A DNA stretch of 42,105 nucleotides. Source: Nanobdellota archaeon (GTDB lineage Archaea; Nanobdellota; Nanobdellia; Woesearchaeales; GW2011-AR4). The notes under the pieces are model-generated. The model had not been told where the DNA came from. It was given only the letters and a program-made list of their open reading frames with translations, and ran no database searches. The stretch is from NCBI GenBank assembly GCA_022565235.1, contig JADFJW010000002.1, positions 1 to 42,105 on the forward strand, in the 5' to 3' direction. Below are positions 15,848 to 25,141 of this stretch, piece by piece; positions within the stretch are counted from its first letter, which is position 1; the number at the start of each line of letters is the position of its first letter. A program made the position numbers and the translations under genes.

Positions 15848-17266
15848 TTACCTAGGCGTTAATTTTGCAATTCCAGACCAATCTGACAGTATCCATAAAG
15901 AACCATTATAGAATTCAACATCCCTGATTCTGCGATCTAGGTTGCTCTTCCTTTGTGTATCTATGTTCACAAAAAATATTTCGTCATATACAACCTTATC
16001 GTTTTCTATTACAAAACGATGAAGATGCTTTCCACGAAGCCCTGCTACAAACAGATTACCATACCATGGATGGTTTTTATCAGTTACAAATACCGCACCA
16101 GATGGAGCCAAAGTCCAATTCTTGAAACATTTTAAGGGGAACGTTGCATTTCCTTGTAAGGGTACATTCTGATCCATAACTTCGTCACATTTCATGCTTG
16201 GCCATCCATAATTCCCTCCTTTTTTAATTAAATTTATTTCGTCATATCTCCAGTTTCCATGTTCAGTTGCATAAAGTTCCAGAGTCTCCGGGTGCCAGGC
16301 TAAGCCTTGTGAGTTTCTATACCCTCTTGAATAGACATAACTATTACTGTAGGGATTATCTCGGGGTATAGTGCCATCTGGATTTATTCTTAATATCTTG
16401 CCCCCTAAAAAGTCAATATCTTGTGACCTTTGAGGTAACCCGGCGTCTCCGGTAGTAGCATATAATTTTCCATCTGGGCCAAATTCCAATCCACCACCTG
16501 CATGGAATAAACTTCCCGGTATGCCATCTAAAAGTATTTTCTCTCCAAATAATTGTCCATCTTTATATGTAAATCTTGAAATTCTGGTTTTAAGGTAATA
16601 ATCTTTTTTCGGATAAGAATTATCAAATGAAGTGGCATAGTATAAGTAGATATAATTGTTTTTTTCATATTCTGGATCTATTGCAAGGCCCATAAGACCT
16701 ACCAAGTCCTGATCTAATACTTCTAATTCTGATACATGCTCAAATGTTCCCTCCCTATAATGAACTAATCTCCCGTTTTTTTGGGTTACCAAATAAGAGC
16801 CATCAGGAAGAAATTCGAGATCCCAGGTTTTAACTAATTTTTTGCCTTCTTGGGTTAATAAAACAAATCCGGTGGGAACGAATTTGTAATGTCTGGGCCT
16901 TATTGGATCTTTTTTCAGGATTTCTACTAAATATTTTTCTTCTGTAAATTTTCCGGTGACATAATTTGCAGGATCCGCTATTAAACTTAGATGCTCTATA
17001 CCATCTGAAGTCATGTTGCATTTAAGTTCTTCTAAAGGTTCGTCAACATACCATTCATCACAATTCTCTATGTTTAAGTCAACAATTTTATTTTCACATC
17101 TTTTATTTTTATCAGAACAATCCAATACTGCACCATTGTTATATTGACCAGGATAATCATAACTGTAAGAAGTATCAATACTGTAAGAAGCCACCAAAGT
17201 TATGAGTGTAACTATTAGAACAAACATAAAAATGCCCATATGATGTTTTTTGTTCAAGAATTTCAT
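15848..17266 (-). CDS. PQQ-dependent (soluble glucose/sorbosone dehydrogenase-type) sugar dehydrogenase, membrane-anchored
   Basis: N-terminal TM segment. Beta-propeller motifs are GLAIDPEY..NNYIYLYY, HAGGGLEFGPDGKLYATTGDAG, GGKILRINPDGTIPRDNPY, YSRGYRNSQGLAWHP and GGNYGWP. The start overlaps the ribH stop (ATGA). Confidence 0.85.
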   Translation of the reverse strand: MKFLNKKHHMGIFMFVLIVTLITLVASYSIDTSYSYDYPGQYNNGAVLDCSDKNKRCENKIVDLNIENCDEWYVDEPLEELKCNMTSDGIEHLSLIADPANYVTGKFTEEKYLVEILKKDPIRPRHYKFVPTGFVLLTQEGKKLVKTWDLEFLPDGSYLVTQKNGRLVHYREGTFEHVSELEVLDQDLVGLMGLAIDPEYEKNNYIYLYYATSFDNSYPKKDYYLKTRISRFTYKDGQLFGEKILLDGIPGSLFHAGGGLEFGPDGKLYATTGDAGLPQRSQDIDFLGGKILRINPDGTIPRDNPYSNSYVYSRGYRNSQGLAWHPETLELYATEHGNWRYDEINLIKKGGNYGWPSMKCDEVMDQNVPLQGNATFPLKCFKNWTLAPSGAVFVTDKNHPWYGNLFVAGLRGKHLHRFVIENDKVVYDEIFFVNIDTQRKSNLDRRIRDVEFYNGSLWILSDWSGIAKLTPR

Positions 17267-17673
17267 TCTCTACTGATCTTAACCATTTCCAAAGCGGCTT
17301 TTACTGCCCTCTTGGAATATTCTAATGCTCTTTGCTCAGCTTGCTGCCACGTTACTCTTGGGCCCATTACTCCAAAACCAATAGGTTTTTTATACTGCAA
17401 GGAAAGGTCTAAAAGTTTGGATGCAACACTATTTACAATTACTATATCATGATCCGTATCACCCCGGATTACTGCCCCTAACACAACAACAGCATCGATA
17501 TTTTTTTTCTTTAATAAAATCCTGGTTGCATAGGGCACCTCAAATGCTCCGGGAACATGGATTTTTTTTACAACTTTTGCGCCTAAAGAACCAGCTACTT
17601 TCTCTGCATTTTCCTCCATCTTTGAGGTTATTTTACTGTTGAAATCCGAAATAACTAGGGCAATATTTGTCAT
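17263..17673 (-). CDS. ribH: 6,7-dimethyl-8-ribityllumazine synthase
   Basis: IALVISDFNSKIT...VPGAFEVPYATRILLKK.NIDAVVVLGAVIRGDTDHDIVI is the lumazine synthase signature. Confidence 0.9.
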   Translation of the reverse strand: MTNIALVISDFNSKITSKMEENAEKVAGSLGAKVVKKIHVPGAFEVPYATRILLKKKNIDAVVVLGAVIRGDTDHDIVIVNSVASKLLDLSLQYKKPIGFGVMGPRVTWQQAEQRALEYSKRAVKAALEMVKISRE

Positions 17674-17674
17674 T

Positions 17675-18533
<859 letters not shown>

Positions 18534-18721
18534 TTAGAAGAATTATTTGGCTTATAAAGTTTACCGAAAATCTCTGGAAGTTATCTAGACAAAACGGAGA
18601 ACACAAATGATTGATTAAAATAGTTTGTGTCCTCTGATATAGTGGCAAAATAACATACTCACTATCGTTCGTAGATTTCAATCAGAGATTGAAATTATTG
18701 TTCAATTATTTAGTTTCACCA

Positions 18722-19144
18722 CTATAAATCCTTAAATCTTATATTAAGTTTTTTTCCTGTCTTAATGTCTTTTGCGAAGACCTTTTTGTGTATACCCATT
18801 ATTTTTATTTTTTCTCCTTTGTAGTCTATTACATCCCCTTTTTTGAATTTCGGGATACGGAAAAGCATATTTACCCTATGGACTTCTTTGCTGGTTATCC
18901 TGTTTCTTGTATGCAGCTTTGTGCTTGCTATTAGTTCCCCTCCAAAATGATTTTGGAGCGTGTTTCCCAAGTTACGAAGAAATCTTTGTTTAGACACATA
19001 AATGTCAAATCCGTTCCTCACTTTTTGTATCTTAGCTATGTTTATGTTCTCATTTTTCTCTATTTCTTTTATTATAAATTCTACTACTTCGTCCCCTATA
19101 TTCCTTAATTGGAGAATTCCTTCAAAATATTGCGGATTATCCAT
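18722..19144 (-). CDS. NMD3-like small protein (tentative)
   Basis: YFEGILQLRN near the N-terminus resembles the NMD3-domain motif (FEAILQLR). Length is 140 aa. Confidence 0.5.
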   Translation of the reverse strand: MDNPQYFEGILQLRNIGDEVVEFIIKEIEKNENINIAKIQKVRNGFDIYVSKQRFLRNLGNTLQNHFGGELIASTKLHTRNRITSKEVHRVNMLFRIPKFKKGDVIDYKGEKIKIMGIHKKVFAKDIKTGKKLNIRFKDL

Positions 19145-19161
19145 CTTATACTACTAAAAAC

Positions 19162-19339
19162 GATGTTGGTGCGAAACTCTGTGGATTGCGAGCGACCCGC
19201 AGTCGCTCGTCGTGTTTACGGCTTGCGCGAGGCCTTAGCATACCTCTCAACTTCGCTTCGCTCAGGTCGAACAGCACAATCCTACGGAACTATCTACATG
19301 GGCAAAATACGCACAAGCACCGACTTTCGCACCAACCTC
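19162..19339. mobile_element. MITE-like non-autonomous element (alternative reading: GC-rich structured RNA gene)
   Basis: The TIR GATGTTGGTGCGAAA (19162-19176) pairs with TTTCGCACCAACCTC (19325-19339) at 14 of 15 positions. It is directly flanked by the perfect 9-bp direct repeat ACTAAAAAC (19153-19161 and 19340-19348). G+C is about 54% by hand count. An internal hairpin CGAGCGAC-ccgca-GTCGCTCG lies at 19189-19209. Confidence 0.5.
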
Positions 19340-19367
19340 ACTAAAAACAAAAGCTTTTTATGCTATC

Positions 19368-19991
19368 TTGTTGTTTTTTTGGCTTATGAACAAAAAGGAG
19401 TTTAAAAAACTACTCAAAAAAACTTGGTATTTTATCTGGGAAGACAACAGTATATGGAGCTGGATTGTAAATATAATACTAGCGTTCATCCTCATCAAAT
19501 TTGCAGTATATCCTGGATTGGGCCTTATATTAAGCACAAGCCATCCAGTTGTTGCGGTTGTATCAAGCAGCATGGAGCATGATATGGATTTTGAGGCATG
19601 GTGGGAAGAAAATAAGGAGTGGTATATGGAAAATGGAATCAACAAAGAGGATTTTGAAACATCTTCATTTAGAAACGGCTTTAACAAGGGAGATATCATG
19701 GTTTTAGTCGGAAAAGATGCAGAAAATATTGAGGTTGGAAATGTGATAGTTTTCAGAAGCAGTAAAAGGGATCCCATAATACACCGGGTTGTGAAAAAAT
19801 TTGAGGATGATAAGGGTATTTATTTCCAGACAAAAGGAGACAATAATGAGGATTCGATAAAAAACGATGCGCTAGACGAGACAAACATAAGGGAAGATGT
19901 TATCATAGGGAAGGCTGTTTTAAGGGTACCTTTTTTGGGTTATATAAAGATATGGTTTGTTGAGGCCTTGAAATTTTTAGACCTGGCATGA
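19368..19991 (+). CDS. Signal peptidase I, archaeal/Sec11 type
   Basis: VAVVSSSMEH is the Ser box, followed by GDIMVLVG, IIHRVV (His box) and TKGDNN. The likely start is the ATG at 19386 (MNKKEF...). Confidence 0.8.
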   Translation: MLFFWLMNKKEFKKLLKKTWYFIWEDNSIWSWIVNIILAFILIKFAVYPGLGLILSTSHPVVAVVSSSMEHDMDFEAWWEENKEWYMENGINKEDFETSSFRNGFNKGDIMVLVGKDAENIEVGNVIVFRSSKRDPIIHRVVKKFEDDKGIYFQTKGDNNEDSIKNDALDETNIREDVIIGKAVLRVPFLGYIKIWFVEALKFLDLA

Positions 19992-20037
19992 CAATTTAGC
20001 AAAATTATTAAATAAAAGCTAAAATCAGAGTTTTAAG

Positions 20038-20352
20038 ATGTTTTGTCCAAAGTGTGGTTCGCTTTTGCTGCCTAAAAAGGAGGGCAGCAAAAAGGTTTTG
20101 ATGTGTAGCTGCGGCTATAAAAGCAGCAATGTGGAACAGACGAAAATAACTGAAACTGTAACTAAAAAAGAAAAGGATGTTGAGGTAATAGAGAAAGAGG
20201 TGAATGTACTTCCTAAAATAAAGGAAAAATGCGAGAAATGCGGACATGACACAGCTTTTTACTGGACTATGCAGACAAGAGCAGGAGATGAGCCAGAAAC
20301 CAAGTTCTTAAGGTGCGAAAAATGCAAGCATACCTGGAGAGATTATGATTAA
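20038..20352 (+). CDS. tfs: Transcription factor S (TFS / RpoM)
   Basis: N-terminal Zn-ribbon MFCPKCGSLL...CSCG. The C-terminal TFIIS-type ribbon is CEKCGHDTAFYWTMQTRAGDEPETKFLRCEKCKHTW. Confidence 0.9.
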   Translation: MFCPKCGSLLLPKKEGSKKVLMCSCGYKSSNVEQTKITETVTKKEKDVEVIEKEVNVLPKIKEKCEKCGHDTAFYWTMQTRAGDEPETKFLRCEKCKHTWRDYD

Positions 20353-20448
20353 GGTTTGCTTCTGTTTTGGTAATCAGAGATATCTAATTATAAATTTATA
20401 AACATTTAAATATCATCTTTAATATACTTAATAAAAAAGGGGTGTTAG

Positions 20449-21600
20449 ATGTCATTAAGGTACTTAATAACAATTTCTGGTATTTTCAGTAAAAGTGATG
20501 ATTTAGACATATTACCACCTCCACCACCTTTTCCCGAGATAGGTAGAGAGGATCAAGAGGCAATAAATATCAAGGGTACAAGGAAAAAAGAAATAAGGGA
20601 GTTAAAAAATGATAGGAATCTTGAAGCAGAAAAACGGAGAGAATCTGAGAGGAAGAAAAGTGAAATTGAAAAACAAAGGAAGTTAATGCTTAAAAGAAAA
20701 CAAGAGTTAAAGAGAAATAATAAGGTACTGATGAGCAAGAGAGTAAAAACCCTCAAGAAAAAGACATTTGAATTCTTCCATGGTGTCGGTTTGGTTAAGA
20801 CAGAACAGGAGAAAAAAGAGTTTGAGAGGCAGAGGCTGGAATATAAAAAGCGCAGAGAGATAGTAAAAAAGAAGATAGAAGAAGATAGGAAGATAGGACT
20901 ATCCAGGAAAAATAAAATTAGAAAGGAATCAGAAAAAGTAAAATTAGAACCAGAAAAGAAAATATCTAGAGGCAAGAGCCAAATTTTATCAAGAATGAAT
21001 GATACAAAACAGAAAACAGAAAAGAGAACAATATTTGGCAGAATTTTTGGGAAGAAAGAAAAAACAGAGTTTGATAAGATTCTGGAAAAGCAAAGGTTTT
21101 TCTGGGAAACGGGAAATTCCAAAGGAATTTCCAAATTAACTGGAAAATCAAAGTATTTTCAAGTTCGCCGGAAAAGCGAAGCTTTTCCGAGCGAGTTGAA
21201 GGATTTAGAAAAATTAGAGGCTCCAGAGCTTAAATTACCGAAGATAGAAAAGGATAAAGAAGAAATACAAGAGGCAATTTCCGGAATAAAGGTAAAGAAG
21301 ATGTCTTTTATACCTAAGAGTTTGATCAGGAGGAAAGAGCATGCAGAGGAGAAAATAGAGACTCCAGAGGTAATGCCAAGAACCTATGATAAAATAGATT
21401 ATGTTGAAGAGATAGAGGAAAAGATGCATAAAGCAAGGTTAGCTTTGATGGACTTTAAGTTTGAGGAAGCCAAAAGAGTTTATATTGGGATAATGAGGAT
21501 GTACAACCAACTTGAGCCTAAAAAGAGATCGAAAGTCTACCAAGATATTAAGGATTTGTATTATGAAAGGAAAAGTGCGGAGAAGTTCAGGAAGAAGTAG
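20449..21600 (+). CDS. Lys/Glu-rich coiled-coil protein with N-terminal polyproline segment, paralog of 624..1505
   Basis: SD AGGGGTG lies upstream. DDLDILPPPPPFPEIG is followed by long K/E/R-rich helices. The shared island is FEFFHGVGLVKTEQEKKEF, and the shared C-terminal block is EEAKRVYIGIMRMYNQL...VYQDIKDLYYE. Confidence 0.6.
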   Translation: MSLRYLITISGIFSKSDDLDILPPPPPFPEIGREDQEAINIKGTRKKEIRELKNDRNLEAEKRRESERKKSEIEKQRKLMLKRKQELKRNNKVLMSKRVKTLKKKTFEFFHGVGLVKTEQEKKEFERQRLEYKKRREIVKKKIEEDRKIGLSRKNKIRKESEKVKLEPEKKISRGKSQILSRMNDTKQKTEKRTIFGRIFGKKEKTEFDKILEKQRFFWETGNSKGISKLTGKSKYFQVRRKSEAFPSELKDLEKLEAPELKLPKIEKDKEEIQEAISGIKVKKMSFIPKSLIRRKEHAEEKIETPEVMPRTYDKIDYVEEIEEKMHKARLALMDFKFEEAKRVYIGIMRMYNQLEPKKRSKVYQDIKDLYYERKSAEKFRKK

Positions 21601-21647
21601 GTTTACTTTCCATAAATTTAATAAATTCAACATTTTTCTTAAGTTTT

Positions 21648-22265
21648 ATGGTTAAAGGAATTTTTATTGTTCTGGATGGGTTGGATGGCAGTGGCAAGAG
21701 CGAGACGGTAAGGCTTTTACATGACTATCTTTCAAAAAATATCAAGTATAATGTTTTAATGACGATGGAACCGACAGAGGGCAAATATGGGAAAGAAATA
21801 AGAAGCATTTTGGCAAGTGAGAAAGACCCAAAAATAAACGGCCAAAAGATGCTTGATCTGTTTATAAGAGACAGGGAAGAGCACTTGAGAGATACGGTTG
21901 TTCCTTTCCTGAATAGATTAGATGATCATGAAGCAAACATAGTGATATGTGACAGGTATTATTACTCAACCATCGCTTTTCAAGCCACACAAGGCTTAGA
22001 TATAAAAATGCTTATTGAGATAAATAAGGAATTCTTAAAGCCGGAAATTGCCTTTATAATGGACATAAAGCCGGAAATTGCATTAGAAAGGATAAAAAGC
22101 AGGGAAAAGGAAAAGTTTGAGAATATTACGTTTATGAGCAAGTTAAGAGAGAGATTTTTAGAGATGCCTAGATTATTAAATGATAATATCAAGATCATAG
22201 ATGCTTCCAGAGATGTAGACAATGTTTTTGAGGATATAAGGAAAGAAGTTGATAGGCTGCTTTAG
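21648..22265 (+). CDS. tmk: Thymidylate kinase
   Basis: P-loop IVLDGLDGSGKSE, a DRY motif (CDRYYYS) and a lid region. Confidence 0.9.
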   Translation: MVKGIFIVLDGLDGSGKSETVRLLHDYLSKNIKYNVLMTMEPTEGKYGKEIRSILASEKDPKINGQKMLDLFIRDREEHLRDTVVPFLNRLDDHEANIVICDRYYYSTIAFQATQGLDIKMLIEINKEFLKPEIAFIMDIKPEIALERIKSREKEKFENITFMSKLRERFLEMPRLLNDNIKIIDASRDVDNVFEDIRKEVDRLL

Positions 22266-22274
22266 AGTAAATAA

Positions 22275-22373
22275 TCATTTTTGCTCTTCTTCATCTTCCT
22301 CCCCTTTCATATTTTCTTTGTCAAACTCATCTAATTTTTTGTTTTTCTGCATTGTTTTATAGCTTACCGGCAT
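22275..22373 (-). CDS. Possible 32-aa acidic micro-protein downstream of dut
   Basis: Not in the ORF track. My translation is MPVSYKTMQKNKKLDEFDKENMKGEEDEEEQK*. The ATG is preceded by GAGGTGA 4 nt upstream and lies 13 nt after the dut stop. Confidence 0.25.
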   Translation of the reverse strand: MPVSYKTMQKNKKLDEFDKENMKGEEDEEEQK

Positions 22374-22385
22374 TTTTCACCTCTT

Positions 22386-22817
22386 TCAAAGACCTGTACT
22401 TCCAAAACCATCCTCATTCCGGGTTGTAGCGCTTAGCTCTTCTACCTCCTCAAATACGGCTTCCTCGACCTTTGTAAATATTAACTGGCCTATTTTCTTT
22501 CCTTTCTCTATTTTATATGACTTATCGCTTAGGTTTATCAATGGGATTTTTATTTCTCCCCTATAGCTGCTGTCTATTGTCCCAACAGCATTTGCATGGC
22601 TTATGCCATCATTTATTGCCAAACCTGACTTGGGGCGTACCTGACCCTCATAGCCATAAGGAATTTCCAGCTTTAAGCCAGTAGGCATTAACTTGCGTTC
22701 CATCGGTTTTAATTCATATTCTTCTGCAGCATACAAGTCGACTCCTGCATCCCCCTTATGAGCATAGCTCGGCGTCGGCAGGTCAGAAAGTTTTTGCATT
22801 TTTATTGTCAGAGTCAT
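22386..22817 (-). CDS. dut: dUTP diphosphatase (trimeric dUTPase)
   Basis: Motifs GDAGVDLYA, PKSGLA, GTIDSSYRGEI and RNEDGFGSTG. Confidence 0.9.
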   Translation of the reverse strand: MTLTIKMQKLSDLPTPSYAHKGDAGVDLYAAEEYELKPMERKLMPTGLKLEIPYGYEGQVRPKSGLAINDGISHANAVGTIDSSYRGEIKIPLINLSDKSYKIEKGKKIGQLIFTKVEEAVFEEVEELSATTRNEDGFGSTGL

Positions 22818-22841
22818 GCTTAAAAATCCTCCGGGTCACTT

Positions 22842-22908
22842 GGAAATTTGTTCAAGCAAATTTCCTGTGCGCCAAAAATCGCTTTGTGATTTTTGAGTAT
22901 TTTGGCGC
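22842..22908. promoter_or_regulatory. Structured region 25-95 nt upstream of the dut start codon (two hairpins, one with competing helices)
   Basis: GGAAATTTGT-tcaa-GCAAATTTCC at 22842-22865. CAAAAATC-gctttgt-GATTTTTG at 22873-22895 overlaps the long-range helix GCGCCAAAA (22869-22877)/TTTTGGCGC (22900-22908). Confidence 0.4.
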
Positions 22909-23026
22909 CAACTATCGTTGGTCTCTAGAAATGAATTTTCATTAGCAAACTTATATTTAAATAATGTGGAAATGTAAAATATAGTTTGCAAAATTATTTA
23001 TTTTATATAAATCGGTTCGAATTTTA

Positions 23027-23518
23027 TTATTTTTTGACAAAATCCATTAGAGATTCTAAACTATGATCCAATATTTTTCCGTTTTCCGGGCTAATCTTCA
23101 TATTTAATGTCTTGAATGAGTGCATCACAAAGGTCATATTCCATATGGTCCCATATTGCTCCAGGTTCTGCAATATTGCTATTGTTTTGCTTGTTAGTTC
23201 CTTGGGATATTTCTTTTTTTGAAATTCTTCTGCTTTTTTTAATATTTCTTCAAAAGGGATTTTTGCTTTTTCTATTTCTATCGGTTCTACTTCCATACCG
23301 GGTTTTTTGAATATTTCCTCTTCTTGCTGCATTTCAATTTCTTTGTTGATAATGAATGTCGTCATTTTGTCTGTTTTTTTATTGTAAAAGCCCAGCTGCC
23401 ATGCATCATTATCCGATGTTTTCATGGCATAAGAGAAAAATGTATCTGGATTTTTTTTGTTCCAGTCTTTAAATTGTTTGCTCGGTTTTAGTTTTTCTAA
23501 TGCTAGGTTTAATTCCAT
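23027..23518 (-). CDS. Hypothetical protein (163 aa)
   Basis: ORF with normal composition. A weak two-lobed PepSY-like impression is all I see. No firm motif. Confidence 0.45.
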   Translation of the reverse strand: MELNLALEKLKPSKQFKDWNKKNPDTFFSYAMKTSDNDAWQLGFYNKKTDKMTTFIINKEIEMQQEEEIFKKPGMEVEPIEIEKAKIPFEEILKKAEEFQKKKYPKELTSKTIAILQNLEQYGTIWNMTFVMHSFKTLNMKISPENGKILDHSLESLMDFVKK

Positions 23519-23570
23519 AAATGGGTTATTATGGAATAAATTTAAATATGTTTGGATATTACTCTATCGC

Positions 23571-24542
23571 ATGTCAATTGCCCTAAATGTATTCCAGGAA
23601 CAGAAGGATCTTAAGAATAAGCAAAGATATAGCGAGGGCTATCGCTTAGTCGGAAAACATTCTGCTGTTAAGATATGCGCTTACTGCAAAAAGGCCATAA
23701 AAGGCCAGGATGTTTGTTATAAGAATACTTTTTATGGTATAGAGAGCTGGAGATGCGTACAGATGTCTCCTACGTTCTTTTGCGACCATAGGTGCGTTTT
23801 TTGCTGGCGCGATATTGAGTATGTATGGCCTAAGTGGCAGGGTCCGGTAGATGACCCTAAGGATATTGTGGATGGCTGCATTAAGGCCCATATAGAACTG
23901 CTGCAGGGATTTAAAGGAAATTCTAAGGTGATTGAGGAGAGGCTTAAGGAAATGGGAAAACCGTTGCATTTTGCCATTAGTTTGACTGGGGAGCCAACAA
24001 TGTATCCCCGGTTGCCGGAGATGATTGATTATTTAAAAGAAAAGGGCATCACTTCTTTTTTAGTTACTAATGGCACTTTGCCGGATATGATTGAGAAATT
24101 AATAGATCATCAACCTACGCAGCTGTATATTAGCGTTTATGGCTCTAATAAGGAGATGCATCAACGCACTGCAAATCCGATAACCAAGGATGCATGGGAG
24201 AAGTTGCAGCAAAGTTTGTCTATGATGCACAAATTCAAGAGGAATGTCATGAGATTGACTTTAACAAGAGGATTTAATTTTATGGATCCAGAAGGTTATG
24301 CAAAGCTTGCAGAGAAATATAGACCTATGTTCATAGAAACAAAAGGTTTTTCCTATGTGGGCCATGCTCAGGAACGCTTGGAAGTAAAAAATATGCCTTA
24401 TCATGATGAAATATTGGAGTTTGCCAAGAAAATTGAGGAAAATTCCAGCTATAAAGTGATTGACAGCAAAGCTGAGAGTAAGGTTGCTCTGCTGGTAAGA
24501 GAAGATTTTGAAGGGAGGAAAATGGATTTTGAGGGTCTTTAG
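23571..24542 (+). CDS. taw1: 4-demethylwyosine synthase Taw1/TYW1 (radical SAM)
   Basis: The radical-SAM cluster FCDHRCVFCWR follows the upstream Cys motif (KICAYCKK...). I chose the start at 23571 (MSIALN...) because the 23457 extension overlaps the neighbouring gene. Confidence 0.85.
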   Translation: MSIALNVFQEQKDLKNKQRYSEGYRLVGKHSAVKICAYCKKAIKGQDVCYKNTFYGIESWRCVQMSPTFFCDHRCVFCWRDIEYVWPKWQGPVDDPKDIVDGCIKAHIELLQGFKGNSKVIEERLKEMGKPLHFAISLTGEPTMYPRLPEMIDYLKEKGITSFLVTNGTLPDMIEKLIDHQPTQLYISVYGSNKEMHQRTANPITKDAWEKLQQSLSMMHKFKRNVMRLTLTRGFNFMDPEGYAKLAEKYRPMFIETKGFSYVGHAQERLEVKNMPYHDEILEFAKKIEENSSYKVIDSKAESKVALLVREDFEGRKMDFEGL

Positions 24543-25141
24543 ATTTTTATGATTTTCCCGTAAGGTCCTGGATTAATAATGTGAGTTTTCTTTATATGGT
24601 CTTTTTTATTGAAGTTCTCATGCAGATGACCGCATATGTATAGATCTATCTTATTTCTTGATACAAAGTTTCTGAAAGTCTTGTTGCCGCAATGGCTCCC
24701 CACAATTAGGTCTAGTTTTGTATTGTATGGTGGGGCATGAGTAATTAAGATTATTTTTTTGTCTTTATTTTTTCTTATTATTTTTTGGAACTTCTCGCCT
24801 GTTTTGTAGAATCCTGGTTCTATTAGTGCAAATCCAGAACCTCCATAACCAAAGAAGATGTGATTATCTTGTTTATAGTGTTTTTTATGAATAAAAATCA
24901 AATTATTGTATTTTAAACAAACTTTCTTTAAAACTTTATCAGTTTCGTGATTTCCATGAATTATTAAGATTTTTTTCTTTAACTTATTTAATTTATTTAA
25001 CATAAAATCAAGACCTTGCTCAAAAATAGAAACATCTCCGGCACATATTATTAAATCTGGATCTTGCCTTTTTACCTTCGATTTTATTTTTTTGAATGCG
25101 TAAGATGAAAGATGTAAATCAGTAAAGGCTAAGAGTTTCAT
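24539..25141 (-). CDS. Calcineurin-like metallophosphoesterase
   Basis: Motifs FTDLHLS, AGDVS, GNHE, THAPP and GHLH in canonical order. Confidence 0.8.
   Translation of the reverse strand: MKLLAFTDLHLSSYAFKKIKSKVKRQDPDLIICAGDVSIFEQGLDFMLNKLNKLKKKILIIHGNHETDKVLKKVCLKYNNLIFIHKKHYKQDNHIFFGYGGSGFALIEPGFYKTGEKFQKIIRKNKDKKIILITHAPPYNTKLDLIVGSHCGNKTFRNFVSRNKIDLYICGHLHENFNKKDHIKKTHIINPGPYGKIIKI

Noticed and set aside
18534-18721. FMN riboswitch upstream of the riboflavin genes.
   Set aside because: None of the conserved RFN core sequences are visible on either strand. Only generic hairpins are present, and these are kept as a low-interest finding.
19263-19276. CAGGTCGAACAGCA inside the GC-rich element, reminiscent of the SRP RNA helix 8.
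   Set aside because: There is no GNAR-capped stem or symmetric loop, and the element is far too short for an archaeal 7S RNA.
19109-19405. 98-aa plus-strand ORF spanning the GC-rich element.
   Set aside because: It overlaps the NMD3-like start, runs straight through both terminal inverted repeats, and has an Arg/Ser/Thr-rich composition unlike any real protein here. It is open only because the region is G+C-rich.
22837-22846. CACTTGGAAA (also CACTTGGAGA at 3847-3856), resembling the archaeal ORB core CCACTGGAAC and so a possible replication origin.
   Set aside because: There are only single, imperfect copies 19 kb apart. There is no orc1/cdc6 gene and no inverted ORB pair flanking an unwinding element.
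23014-23022. GGTTCGAAT, a tRNA T-loop-like string.
   Set aside because: The flanking bases (ATC.. / ..TTTAT) cannot form a T-stem, and there is no acceptor or anticodon arm. I found no tRNA anywhere in the window.
23457-23570. N-terminal extension of the Taw1 ORF.
   Set aside because: It overlaps the 23027..23518 gene on the opposite strand and adds non-conserved hydrophobic sequence. The ATG at 23571 gives the expected N-terminus.
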